Of a DNA stretch of 64,000 nt, positions 1-11,807 are shown piece after piece. Below the pieces are notes generated by a model. That model did no database searches and was not told where the DNA came from. It saw nothing but the letters and a program-made list of their open reading frames with translations. A program made the position numbers and the translations under genes. This DNA comes from Octopus vulgaris. Taxonomy: Eukaryota. The stretch lies in NCBI GenBank assembly GCA_951406725.2, contig OX597815.1, positions 65,844,001 through 65,908,000 on the forward strand, read 5' to 3'. Each line of letters begins with the position of its first letter. Positions within the stretch are counted from its first letter, which is position 1.

Positions 1-3000
1 GCACGCGTATTTATCGTTATGGTAAAATCTGGCGTGTGATTGAGTGGATTTCATCCAGATAGTCTTGGCTGACGAGCTACAAATGGATTTTTTGTAGGTA
101 AAATTACATTTAATTCATTAATAGCGAAACAATTGTCCCAAAATAATCTGTATTTTTGTTATTTTTTATTTGCCCTGTCCGTGTGAGCTAACAATCGTAC
201 TGACTTTCATGGGAAGCATGTATTTTCGTGGTTGAAACCTTTTGGATTAACTGGTGCTAGAGTGAGCAATATAGTGACCACTCTCTTATATTTATTTTGT
301 AAAAATATTATAATATGTTATAAAATATTATAATAATCCAGGTTTCTCAGAGCACTAGGCCACTTGGTGTTGAATAAATATACTATTAAATTAGTATCTA
401 ATTCTCTCACCCTTATTAATTAATTATAATTATGCTGCATTTATTTCTAAATGCTGTATTTGTTTTCCGTGAAAGTTTGGCGCGCTGTTGGTTGGGGCAT
501 TTGAATTATAACGTCGGATGTAATCAATTGAACCGCACGCGTATTTATCGTTATGGTAAAATCTGGCGTGTGATTGAGTGGATTTCATCCAGATAGTCTT
601 GGCTGACGAGCTACAAATGGATTTTTTGTAGGTAAAATTACATTTAATTCATTAATAGCGAAACAATTGTCCCAAAATAATCTGTATTTTTGTTATTTTT
701 TATTTGCCCTGTCCGTGTGAGCTAACAATCGTACTGACTTTCATGGGAAGCATGTATTTTCGTGGTTGAAACCTTTTGGATTAACTGGTGCTAGAGTGAG
801 CAATATAGTGACCACTCTCTTATATTTATTTTGTAAAAATATTATAATATGTTATAAAATATTATAATAATCCAGGTTTCTCAGAGCACTAGGCCACTTG
901 GTGTTGAATAAATATACTATTAAATTAGTATCTAATTCTCTCACCCTTATTAATTAATTATAATTATGCTGCATTTATTTCTAAATGCTGTATTTGTTTT
1001 CCGTGAAAGTTTGGCGCGCTGTTGGTTGGGGCATTTGAATTATAACGTCGGATGTAATCAATTGAACCGCACGCGTATTTATCGTTATGGTAAAATCTGG
1101 CGTGTGATTGAGTGGATTTCATCCAGATAGTCTTGGCTGACGAGCTACAAATGGATTTTTTGTAGGTAAAATTACATTTAATTCATTAATAGCGAAACAA
1201 TTGTCCCAAAATAATCTGTATTTTTGTTATTTTTTATTTGCCCTGTCCGTGTGAGCTAACAATCGTACTGACTTTCATGGGAAGCATGTATTTTCGTGGT
1301 TGAAACCTTTTGGATTAACTGGTGCTAGAGTGAGCAATATAGTGACCACTCTCTTATATTTATTTTGTAAAAATATTATAATATGTTATAAAATATTATA
1401 ATAATCCAGGTTTCTCAGAGCACTAGGCCACTTGGTGTTGAATAAATATACTATTAAATTAGTATCTAATTCTCTCACCCTTATTAATTAATTATAATTA
1501 TGCTGCATTTATTTCTAAATGCTGTATTTGTTTTCCGTGAAAGTTTGGCGCGCTGTTGGTTGGGGCATTTGAATTATAACGTCGGATGTAATCAATTGAA
1601 CCGCACGCGTATTTATCGTTATGGTAAAATCTGGCGTGTGATTGAGTGGATTTCATCCAGATAGTCTTGGCTGACGAGCTACAAATGGATTTTTTGTAGG
1701 TAAAATTACATTTAATTCATTAATAGCGAAACAATTGTCCCAAAATAATCTGTATTTTTGTTATTTTTTATTTGCCCTGTCCGTGTGAGCTAACAATCGT
1801 ACTGACTTTCATGGGAAGCATGTATTTTCGTGGTTGAAACCTTTTGGATTAACTGGTGCTAGAGTGAGCAATATAGTGACCACTCTCTTATATTTATTTT
1901 GTAAAAATATTATAATATGTTATAAAATATTATAATAATCCAGGTTTCTCAGAGCACTAGGCCACTTGGTGTTGAATAAATATACTATTAAATTAGTATC
2001 TAATTCTCTCACCCTTATTAATTAATTATAATTATGCTGCATTTATTTCTAAATGCTGTATTTGTTTTCCGTGAAAGTTTGGCGCGCTGTTGGTTGGGGC
2101 ATTTGAATTATAACGTCGGATGTAATCAATTGAACCGCACGCGTATTTATCGTTATGGTAAAATCTGGCGTGTGATTGAGTGGATTTCATCCAGATAGTC
2201 TTGGCTGACGAGCTACAAATGGATTTTTTGTAGGTAAAATTACATTTAATTCATTAATAGCGAAACAATTGTCCCAAAATAATCTGTATTTTTGTTATTT
2301 TTTATTTGCCCTGTCCGTGTGAGCTAACAATCGTACTGACTTTCATGGGAAGCATGTATTTTCGTGGTTGAAACCTTTTGGATTAACTGGTGCTAGAGTG
2401 AGCAATATAGTGACCACTCTCTTATATTTATTTTGTAAAAATATTATAATATGTTATAAAATATTATAATAATCCAGGTTTCTCAGAGCACTAGGCCACT
2501 TGGTGTTGAATAAATATACTATTAAATTAGTATCTAATTCTCTCACCCTTATTAATTAATTATAATTATGCTGCATTTATTTCTAAATGCTGTATTTGTT
2601 TTCCGTGAAAGTTTGGCGCGCTGTTGGTTGGGGCATTTGAATTATAACGTCGGATGTAATCAATTGAACCGCACGCGTATTTATCGTTATGGTAAAATCT
2701 GGCGTGTGATTGAGTGGATTTCATCCAGATAGTCTTGGCTGACGAGCTACAAATGGATTTTTTGTAGGTAAAATTACATTTAATTCATTAATAGCGAAAC
2801 AATTGTCCCAAAATAATCTGTATTTTTGTTATTTTTTATTTGCCCTGTCCGTGTGAGCTAACAATCGTACTGACTTTCATGGGAAGCATGTATTTTCGTG
2901 GTTGAAACCTTTTGGATTAACTGGTGCTAGAGTGAGCAATATAGTGACCACTCTCTTATATTTATTTTGTAAAAATATTATAATATGTTATAAAATATTA

Positions 3001-4700
3001 TAATAATCCAGGTTTCTCAGAGCACTAGGCCACTTGGTGTTGAATAAATATACTATTAAATTAGTATCTAATTCTCTCACCCTTATTAATTAATTATAAT
3101 TATGCTGCATTTATTTCTAAATGCTGTATTTGTTTTCCGTGAAAGTTTGGCGCGCTGTTGGTTGGGGCATTTGAATTATAACGTCGGATGTAATCAATTG
3201 AACCGCACGCGTATTTATCGTTATGGTAAAATCTGGCGTGTGATTGAGTGGATTTCATCCAGATAGTCTTGGCTGACGAGCTACAAATGGATTTTTTGTA
3301 GGTAAAATTACATTTAATTCATTAATAGCGAAACAATTGTCCCAAAATAATCTGTATTTTTGTTATTTTTTATTTGCCCTGTCCGTGTGAGCTAACAATC
3401 GTACTGACTTTCATGGGAAGCATGTATTTTCGTGGTTGAAACCTTTTGGATTAACTGGTGCTAGAGTGAGCAATATAGTGACCACTCTCTTATATTTATT
3501 TTGTAAAAATATTATAATATGTTATAAAATATTATAATAATCCAGGTTTCTCAGAGCACTAGGCCACTTGGTGTTGAATAAATATACTATTAAATTAGTA
3601 TCTAATTCTCTCACCCTTATTAATTAATTATAATTATGCTGCATTTATTTCTAAATGCTGTATTTGTTTTCCGTGAAAGTTTGGCGCGCTGTTGGTTGGG
3701 GCATTTGAATTATAACGTCGGATGTAATCAATTGAACCGCACGCGTATTTATCGTTATGGTAAAATCTGGCGTGTGATTGAGTGGATTTCATCCAGATAG
3801 TCTTGGCTGACGAGCTACAAATGGATTTTTTGTAGGTAAAATTACATTTAATTCATTAATAGCGAAACAATTGTCCCAAAATAATCTGTATTTTTGTTAT
3901 TTTTTATTTGCCCTGTCCGTGTGAGCTAACAATCGTACTGACTTTCATGGGAAGCATGTATTTTCGTGGTTGAAACCTTTTGGATTAACTGGTGCTAGAG
4001 TGAGCAATATAGTGACCACTCTCTTATATTTATTTTGTAAAAATATTATAATATGTTATAAAATATTATAATAATCCAGGTTTCTCAGAGCACTAGGCCA
4101 CTTGGTGTTGAATAAATATACTATTAAATTAGTATCTAATTCTCTCACCCTTATTAATTAATTATAATTATGCTGCATTTATTTCTAAATGCTGTATTTG
4201 TTTTCCGTGAAAGTTTGGCGCGCTGTTGGTTGGGGCATTTGAATTATAACGTCGGATGTAATCAATTGAACCGCACGCGTATTTATCGTTATGGTAAAAT
4301 CTGGCGTGTGATTGAGTGGATTTCATCCAGATAGTCTTGGCTGACGAGCTACAAATGGATTTTTTGTAGGTAAAATTACATTTAATTCATTAATAGCGAA
4401 ACAATTGTCCCAAAATAATCTGTATTTTTGTTATTTTTTATTTGCCCTGTCCGTGTGAGCTAACAATCGTACTGACTTTCATGGGAAGCATGTATTTTCG
4501 TGGTTGAAACCTTTTGGATTAACTGGTGCTAGAGTGAGCAATATAGTGACCACTCTCTTATATTTATTTTGTAAAAATATTATAATATGTTATAAAATAT
4601 TATAATAATCCAGGTTTCTCAGAGCACTAGGCCACTTGGTGTTGAATAAATATACTATTAAATTAGTATCTAATTCTCTCACCCTTATTAATTAATTATA
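1..4700 (+). repeat. 534-bp tandem array (about 8.8 copies, continues left of the window), one hammerhead ribozyme per unit; retrozyme/Penelope pLTR-like
   Basis: GCACGCGTATTTATCG recurs at 1, 535, 1069, 1603, 2137, 2671, 3205, 3739 and 4273. Units look identical by eye. The array ends at ...ATTAATTATA and runs into (TA)n at about 4700. No ORF of 60 aa or more. Confidence 0.98.
56..150 (+). ncRNA. Type I hammerhead ribozyme (first of 9 copies; others start at 590, 1124, 1658, 2192, 2726, 3260, 3794, 4328)
   Basis: Stem I TTGG(65-68)/CCAA(138-141), extended by CAGAT(56-60)/ATCTG(146-150). Core CTGACGA(69-75). Stem II GCTA(76-79)/TAGC(122-125). GAAA(126-129). Palindromic stem III ACAATTGT(129-136). 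GUC triplet, cleavage predicted after C137. Confidence 0.85.
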
Positions 4701-4810
4701 TATATATATATATATATATATTATTTATATTATATATATATGTATGTGTATGTGCGTATTTGTTTATATACGTATGTATATATGCTTATATATATATTAT
4801 TTATATATAC

Positions 4811-5005
4811 CTGGGCAAATTTCTACAAGGAATACCAGATGCTCCACCTGTACCTGGATACAACTCAGTCAACAACAACTCCCTATTTGAATGAGTTATG
4901 ATACCACAAAACCTGACTTTAAAATTATTTAACAGATCCTATCAGGTGGTGCTATTAATTTAGATATGGCCTGAGCCCATCTTTGGCCGAAGCATAACTA
5001 AGTTT
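4811..5005 (+). mobile_element. 3' end fragment of CR1-type LINE
   Basis: Similar to the 3' end of 7390-8125 (GGATACAACTCA..AACAA.AACTC, CCTATCAGGTGGTG.TATTAA, ATGGCCTG). Confidence 0.7.
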
Positions 5006-5063
5006 GATACACAACGGGCTTCCGTCAACCAAATTTCTTCACAAGGCGTTGATTGGACCGGAA

Positions 5064-5370
5064 AATGGCTGTTTTTACTCACAGTTGAAAACTGTTCCAA
5101 AAATTTGAAGGGTAATATTTGAAAAGAAATGTTTTGCTTGAATTACAACAGTGCAACTGCAAATTACTGATTATATGTATGTATGTGTGTATGTATGTAT
5201 GTATGTATGTATGTATGTATGTATGTATGTATGTATGCTGATATATGTATATGAATATATGTATGCGTATTTGTACGTACGTAGAGATCCATCTGGTTTC
5301 GTTGAAAGCTTTCTAACCCAGGATATGTTGTATCCAGAGACAATCCTTGCGGTGAAAACACTCCTCCTTA
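5064..5370 (+). mobile_element. Internally deleted mariner fragment with (TATG)n
   Basis: Paralogue of 5985-6340; encodes DPSGFVESFLTQD (first catalytic Asp region). Confidence 0.65.
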
Positions 5371-5984
5371 CACTTACCCAAAGTGCCGAGCAGTGGGACT
5401 GAACCCGAAATCCACGTGATTACAAAGCGAACTCCTTAACCATGCAGCTATGTCTTTGCCTATATAAAATCATTGTGTTGTATGTGTGTGTGCGTGTGTG
5501 TGTGCGCGCTTGAACGTGTGTGTGTGTGAGTGTGTGTGTATGCGCGTGTGTGTGTATGTTCTTCGTTTTATCTGTGTATATGCTTACACCTACTCCTATG
5601 CGTCCGATATATTATTGTTTTCAACATGAACAACTTGCTTATGTCAACAAATTTTACCAAAAACTTATTTGTATAAATTAAAATATACGTTTATATTTTT
5701 TATTCAATTTAATTTTATTTTTCAGTTTGACTTTTATCGTTACCGAGTATATTTTCATAGTTTTAGTTCCGCCGATGACGTCATTGTCATCATTATTGTT
5801 GCTGCTGCTGATATTTTTTAATATGTTTTTATTAGTTGTTGCTGCTGCTGTTGGCCTCATTAATATTTTTATTTTCGTTTATGTACTCAGATTTTGCTGG
5901 AAGCTTTCCTTTTTTTTATTTTGTAGTTCATTTTATTTGTGTTATATTTAATGTTTTATTTCCTAACGAAGTCAGCTAAAACAA

Positions 5985-6088
5985 AATGGCTACTTTTATT
6001 CACAGCTGAAAATTGCTCCAAAAATTTGAATGATGATTTTTAAAAAGAAATATTTTGCTTGAATTACAACAGTGCAGCTGCAAATTAC

Positions 6089-6120
<32 letters not shown>

Positions 6121-6891
6121 TGTATGTATGTATGTATGTATGTATGTATGTATGTATGTGTGTATGTATGTATGTATGTATGTATGTATGTATGTATGTA
6201 TGTATGTATGTATGTATGTTTAAATATGTGTATATATGTTTATGGGCGCGTACAGATCCATCTGATTTCCTTGAAAGTTTCCTAACCCAGGATGTTTTTC
6301 TATCCAGAGACAATCCATGCAGTGGAAACACTCCTCTTCACCTGCTCCAAAGAAAGCCAATTTTGTTTCATCTGCGGGGAAAGCGATGACCTTAGTTTTT
6401 GGGGGATGCAAAAAGGTATTGTGTTTGTTGGCTATTTTCAAAAAGGCTATACCATCAATGGAGGGTACTATACCAACTTGCTGAGGTTGTTACGAAAGGC
6501 TATCAAGAACAAACGACCACGAAAATTTACAAAAGAGGTTTGATTCATCATGGTAATGCTCCAGCATACAAGTCCTAGCTTTCAATGGCTGCTGCATGTG
6601 ACTGTGGTTTTGTACTGGTTGATCATCCTCACTACTCTCCTAATTTGGCCTCATCTGTCTATGTTCTGTTCCCCAACGGGAAAAAGGCACTTGGCTAGGA
6701 GCCAGTATCGCAATGATGATGACGTCGTATCTGTTGTTGATGACTTTTTTGATCACCAATTGGATCCAAGCACTTCAGCACCAATGGAAAAAATGTATGG
6801 AATGCAAGGGGGACTATATTGAAAAATAAACCTCATTTGGTCACATTCTATGAGAGTATCTTACTCTCCCTTTGGACAGCCGATCCTCGTA
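5985..6891 (+). mobile_element. Decayed Tc1/mariner transposon (transposase C-terminal pseudogene plus 3' end)
   Basis: Frameshifted remnants FLTQD, KGIVFVGYFQKGYTINGGYYTNLL..LRKAIKNKRP, HPHYSPNLASS-like, RSQYRNDDDVVSVVDDFF, GDYIEK*. Ends in ...CCTCGTA. Confidence 0.88.
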
Positions 6892-7389
6892 AAGAGTTTT
6901 TATAAGAATTTTGTACGTTCATTTCATACTTTAAGTTCACGCCTTTTAAAACTTCTTGCATGTCAGAAGTTTCAATAATTTTTATAAACAACTTCAGCAA
7001 TAATCTAACGCAAGTTTAAAGCTGTGTGACATCTTGACAGTTGTGTAATAATTATAACACAAGAAATGTTTGCTGCAGTTATATTTTGATTGCAAAACTT
7101 GGCTAGTAATAGATTTGTATCTTTTTTCCTCAGGACGTTCTAGTATGCTGTGATATATGAGACACTGGTAATGTCTGTCGGTACATATTTCCCCGAATTT
7201 TTTGATTATTTTTCTTTCTTCTATTTAAAAAGGGGAATCTTTCCCGAAATATCATAGGATCATTAAACATCTTCTGTTAGGTGATACAATATCATGTACA
7301 AAATTCTTATAAAAACTCTTTACGAGGATCGGCTGTAAAGTCCAAAGGGCGAGTAAGATACTCTCATAGAATGTGACCAATAAGGACGA

Positions 7390-8125
7390 TATAGCTCGTA
7401 GGATGAGCTCCTGGATCTTAAGAACCTTCCGGTCCAGAGAACAAGTTGCCATCATTCCACTTTTCTCCTCCATTGTACGGCCACACCTCGAATACTGCTG
7501 CGCCTTGTGGTCTCCTCATACAGAACAAAACATCTCGGGGATTGATTAACCCTAGAGGGCACTCACTAAACGAATTGAAGGCATGACATGACTCGATTAT
7601 TGGAACTGTCTTAGATCCTTGAAACTCTACTCTCTCCAGCGCGGCTGCGAACCGTACATCATTTGTACGATGTGGAGAATATACCTATTTCTTTACTACC
7701 CACAAGGGGCGCCAGCATTGCCTAAACGACTTGAACATTAGTTTCAAAGTCCATCCAAGGCTGGGACCACGGGCTATATATCCCCTGCCCAATTCAGGAT
7801 CACAACATATAGGTACACTGCGACACAATTTCTTTTCCTCAACAGGCCCTGACCTGTTTAACATTGTCCCGAAAGAAATCAAAGAGGAACAGGATCCCAT
7901 CACCTTTAAACGGAGTCTTGACAGATTTCTTCAAGGAAAACCGGATAAGCTACCCATACTTGGATACAACTCACTCAACAAGAACTCACTCCTTGAATGG
8001 ACCATAAACAAAACTTGACTTAAGCAGGATTTAGATTATCCTATCAGGTGGTGTTATTAAGTTAGACATGGCCTGGACCAGTCTTTGGTTGAAACATATC
8101 TAAGTTTTTATCTAAGTTTTATCAC
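7390..8125 (+). mobile_element. CR1-type LINE 3' fragment (RT C-terminus, 3' UTR, short-repeat tail)
   Basis: Reads WILRTFRSRE...IVRPHLEYCCALWSPH, LKLYSLQR, GPDLFNIVPKEIK...FKRSLDRFL. Tail of ATCTAAGTTTT repeats. Confidence 0.85.
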
Positions 8126-8261
8126 CTTACACATTTTCGTCTGACTTCTCATCCCCGTTACACAAATGTTTTTCAAACATTTCTATCATGTGCATGTGTG
8201 GGCGTGTGTGCGAGTGAGTGTGTGTATGTATGTATGTATGTATGTATGTATGTATGTATAT

Positions 8262-8534
8262 ATGCAAGATGTTAAAGAGAGCAGGGCCAGTTGAGGCAAA
8301 GTATTTTTGTCTTAGTGTTGTGATGTGACGAGAGGTTGATATTTGTAGAGGACGTATGCCACGAGGTTCAAGTTTTGGGTGAATTTTAAAGTTGATGTCA
8401 AACATCATTTGGGCAATAATGTTGGAATATTTCTTACACCATACAAATGATATAGTGCTCACAGCGTCATTAGGAGGAATAAAGTTTAAGCATCTCGAGC
8501 TGATCCGAATAATCACGACCTGTCATGTCGCCTA

Positions 8535-8579
<45 letters not shown>

Positions 8580-9960
8580 GCGAGTTTGTGCGCGCGCGAG
8601 CGTTTGATCTCTGGGGTTCTTCAATTTTTATATTTTGTTTCGTGTGGGGAGCCCACACAGGACAACAGTATTCAAGGGGAGGGCGGATGAAGGTGGAGAA
8701 GAGAAGGATAATTGTAGAAGCATCTCTAGACCGGAGAGTCATGAGGGTCCAGGAGGACACCCTGTGAACCATGGCGACCGTGCTACTTATGTGGACACTC
8801 TAGCTTAATTTCTCGACAGTTACTCAGAGGTCCCTAACGGTGTTTTGATGCCAGGAGTTTTCGCCCGAGGAAAGTGTGTCTGGTGGCTTAAGTGCAACGT
8901 CTTTACCGAAGTGGATCAATTTAGATTCATTCTCGTTTAGTTACATTTTGTATTTTTCCACTCCTCGGATGACAGAGTAAATCCGATTGAAGATTAGTCC
9001 GGTCTGCTCCCTTGTCGACGACCTTCAGGAGCTTTGAGTCATCTACAGAAATTCTAATGCTGTTGCGTTTGATGATATCAATGATGACATTGATTTAAAT
9101 AACGAAAAGAAGTGGGCCCGTACAGTGCATTGTGGGACTCCACCGATGTCTCTTGTTGAGCTTGATCGAAAACCATCGATCACCATATGCTGGGTTCTGT
9201 TCACTAGAAAACATTCAACCTACTTTAATAGTTCCCCTCGGACTCCAGTGCTGGATAATTTCTTTAATAGGATACTGTGGTTAACCTCGTCGAAGGTTTC
9301 GTTTAAGTCAGGATTGATGACATCTGCATTGGAGCCCTCTTACAGAGCTTTTAGGGTATCATCAAAGTGATGCAGGAGCTTTGTTAAGCAATGCATGTCA
9401 TTGCGGAAAACACGCCGGTTGGAAATAAGTAGGCTGTTACTTTCCAGGAAATTAGTTACTCGAAATCTGACCACTCTCTCAATAATTTGATGATATGAGA
9501 GGTAAGTGAGATCGGTCAGTAATTGCCCTTTTTGAAAATTGGAACAATCGACTGAGACAGGGAATTATTGGAAAAATACCCAACGCCTAGTTATTTTATC
9601 CAGGAAATAGCTAAAGGAAATGTCATTTGATGTCGGCAAACCTGTCGGGACCTGCAGTTCAGTTGTTTGTAATTTTGAGCACCAATTATATATCGGATAG
9701 GAATGGGGGTTTGCTTCACCAATACTGTCAGGATTACTCATATTGGGAGTGCTGACAATGCAGCAGTATTGCTTCTGCAGAATCTCAACCATATCTTCAG
9801 TATCACTATGCAACGCGCCATCGTTATCAATCAGATGTCCAACAGATGAGATAGCGACCATATACTTTTTGGCAAATGAGAAGACTTTGAGAGTGACGTT
9901 TATTTTCCCAATAGCCCACTTCTCTTCTGCTGTTCATTTACTATTGATGATAGTCTTCAT
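8262..9960 (-). mobile_element. CR1-type LINE reverse transcriptase pseudogene
   Basis: Minus-strand remnants PISLTSH, GVPQCTV, LFSTFIRPPLEYCCPVWAPH, GPALFNIL. Many stops and frameshifts; (TG)n inserted at about 8537-8577. Confidence 0.85.
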
Positions 9961-9994
9961 ACAGATTTGAAAATAACGTTTCTTTGATTCCAAT

Positions 9995-10180
9995 AAAGTT
10001 TTAACTGTCGGATGCGAGTGTTTCAGCTGGCAATATTTTAGTCGGTTACGTTCTGAGTTCAAATTCTGCTGAGCTCGACTTTGCCTCCCATCCTTTCGGT
10101 GTAGATAAAATAAGTACCAGTTGAGCACTGAGGTCAATGTAATTGACTCACCCTCTCCCCAGAAATTCCCGAAATCAATA
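9995..10180 (+). mobile_element. SINE with Meta-domain-like core
   Basis: GAGTTCAAATTC B-box-like motif followed by TTTGCC..CATCCTTTCGG.GT.GATAAAATAAGTACCAG. Confidence 0.7.
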
Positions 10181-10284
10181 TTTTAGCTGGTTGACTTTTC
10201 GATTAATCATGTATATTTTTCTTATAAGTGCTCTCAGCTATGGTCGCCTTAAACTACAAAGACGATAGCAGAGCTTGAAGCAGT

Positions 10285-10795
10285 ACAACGACATTACACA
10301 AAGAAAGGTGCATCAATGGAACGATTGAGTTACTGGGACAGGTTGAAAGAGCTGCGACTCTATTCTCTAGAAGGAAGGCGGGAGAGGTATTCAGTGATAC
10401 ATATATGGAAGATACTGGAAGGACTGGTACCAAACTTTGGAATAAAGAGCTATACCAGACCACGAACAGGACGTCACTGTGCTGTCCCCATTGTGCCGAC
10501 TGCTTCATCTCGGGCAAGGACGATGTACTGCAATAGCTTGGGTTTCAAGGGTCCACAGCTGTTTAACTGTCTGCCGAAGCATCTGAGAAGCCTCCATGGA
10601 GTAGATGTAGACGTTTTCAAACGTGAACTTGACATCTGGCTCGCTGAGATCCCGGATGAGCAAGAAACTCAAAGCAAGAAATCTAATCAAGAAACTCAAG
10701 AAGCCGCTCCGACAAAGGTGGGAAGTGAAAAGTGGAAAGATGATTACAATGGCGGTGCTCCAGCATGGCCACAGTCATTGGACTGAAACATATAA
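10285..10795 (+). mobile_element. CR1-type LINE 3' fragment (second family)
   Basis: ORF 10316-10786: LSYWDRLKELRLYSLEGRRERY...KGPQLFNCLP...FKRELDIWL..IPDE. The end joins a GGCGGTGCTCCAGCATGGCC tail shared with SINEs. Confidence 0.85.
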
Positions 10796-10798
10796 TAG

Positions 10799-10836
<38 letters not shown>

Positions 10837-11566
10837 ACATACATACACGCACACAGACATATCTGTATGCTTTGGCAATGAACAACGTATATTTCTTACC
10901 CAAACAGGAAGAAAGGGATTGTATAACAGGCATCAATTTCCCAAAATCATAGAAACATCAGAAAATAGTTATAATCACGAACTGTAATGGACAATTGACA
11001 CATAACTTTCCCCCTGAAGTATTAAGGGTTGTAAACACAGATAAGTCAGTGTAATCACTTCTGGCAGAGTCACAAGGCAATGAATTTTTATGAGGGGGAG
11101 GGGTAAACTTTTTACCATTTTCATTATGTTTCAGCCTCTTAAGTTATTTATTGATCCTCGGGGAATAAAACGAAGGACGAGTTCGGTGTGATTTTAAAGT
11201 CAAAACACAGAAGACCGAAACTAAATATTACTTTCTAAATATTATTTTCTGTCACTGCCACTCCACTACGCTGGCTATTCCACTACTAGCCCTTGCCATT
11301 CCAATGCCTTCGTTACTTCACCGCCGTTGGTATTCTGATATTCTATCTGCATGAAATATTGGTTTCGCAAAATCACATCCAATTTTAAGAAAGTGAAATG
11401 TGGTGGATATAAACAAGGAATTGAAAAACAGTTTGAGGATTTAACTTTCTCGAAATAAAACACACTCACGCTCACAAACGTTCCTATAAACACACACAAA
11501 CTCTCATACACACGCGCGCGCACACGCACGCACGCACACGCACGCACGCACACACACACACACATA

Positions 11567-11633
<67 letters not shown>

Positions 11634-11807
11634 GTATTTGTGTATTCACTGCACAGCAATTTAGTGTTTCACTCGAGGCGATTAGTTACTTTATATCAAT
11701 AACATGACTCATCATCTCACGTCTGGAGTAACTTTTCACAGAAAGCAACTTTTGTCTCTGTATGTGTCTGTCTGTGTCCATGTATATATATATATATATA
11801 TATATAT

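Noticed and set aside
339-352. Minus-strand CTGAGAAACC as a second, antisense hammerhead in the unit
   Set aside because: No CTGANGA core or stem II; the motifs are merely adjacent.
1-4700. Coding or CRISPR interpretation of the array (534 is divisible by 3)
   Set aside because: No ORF of 60 aa or more in any frame, and no variable spacers because the units are identical.
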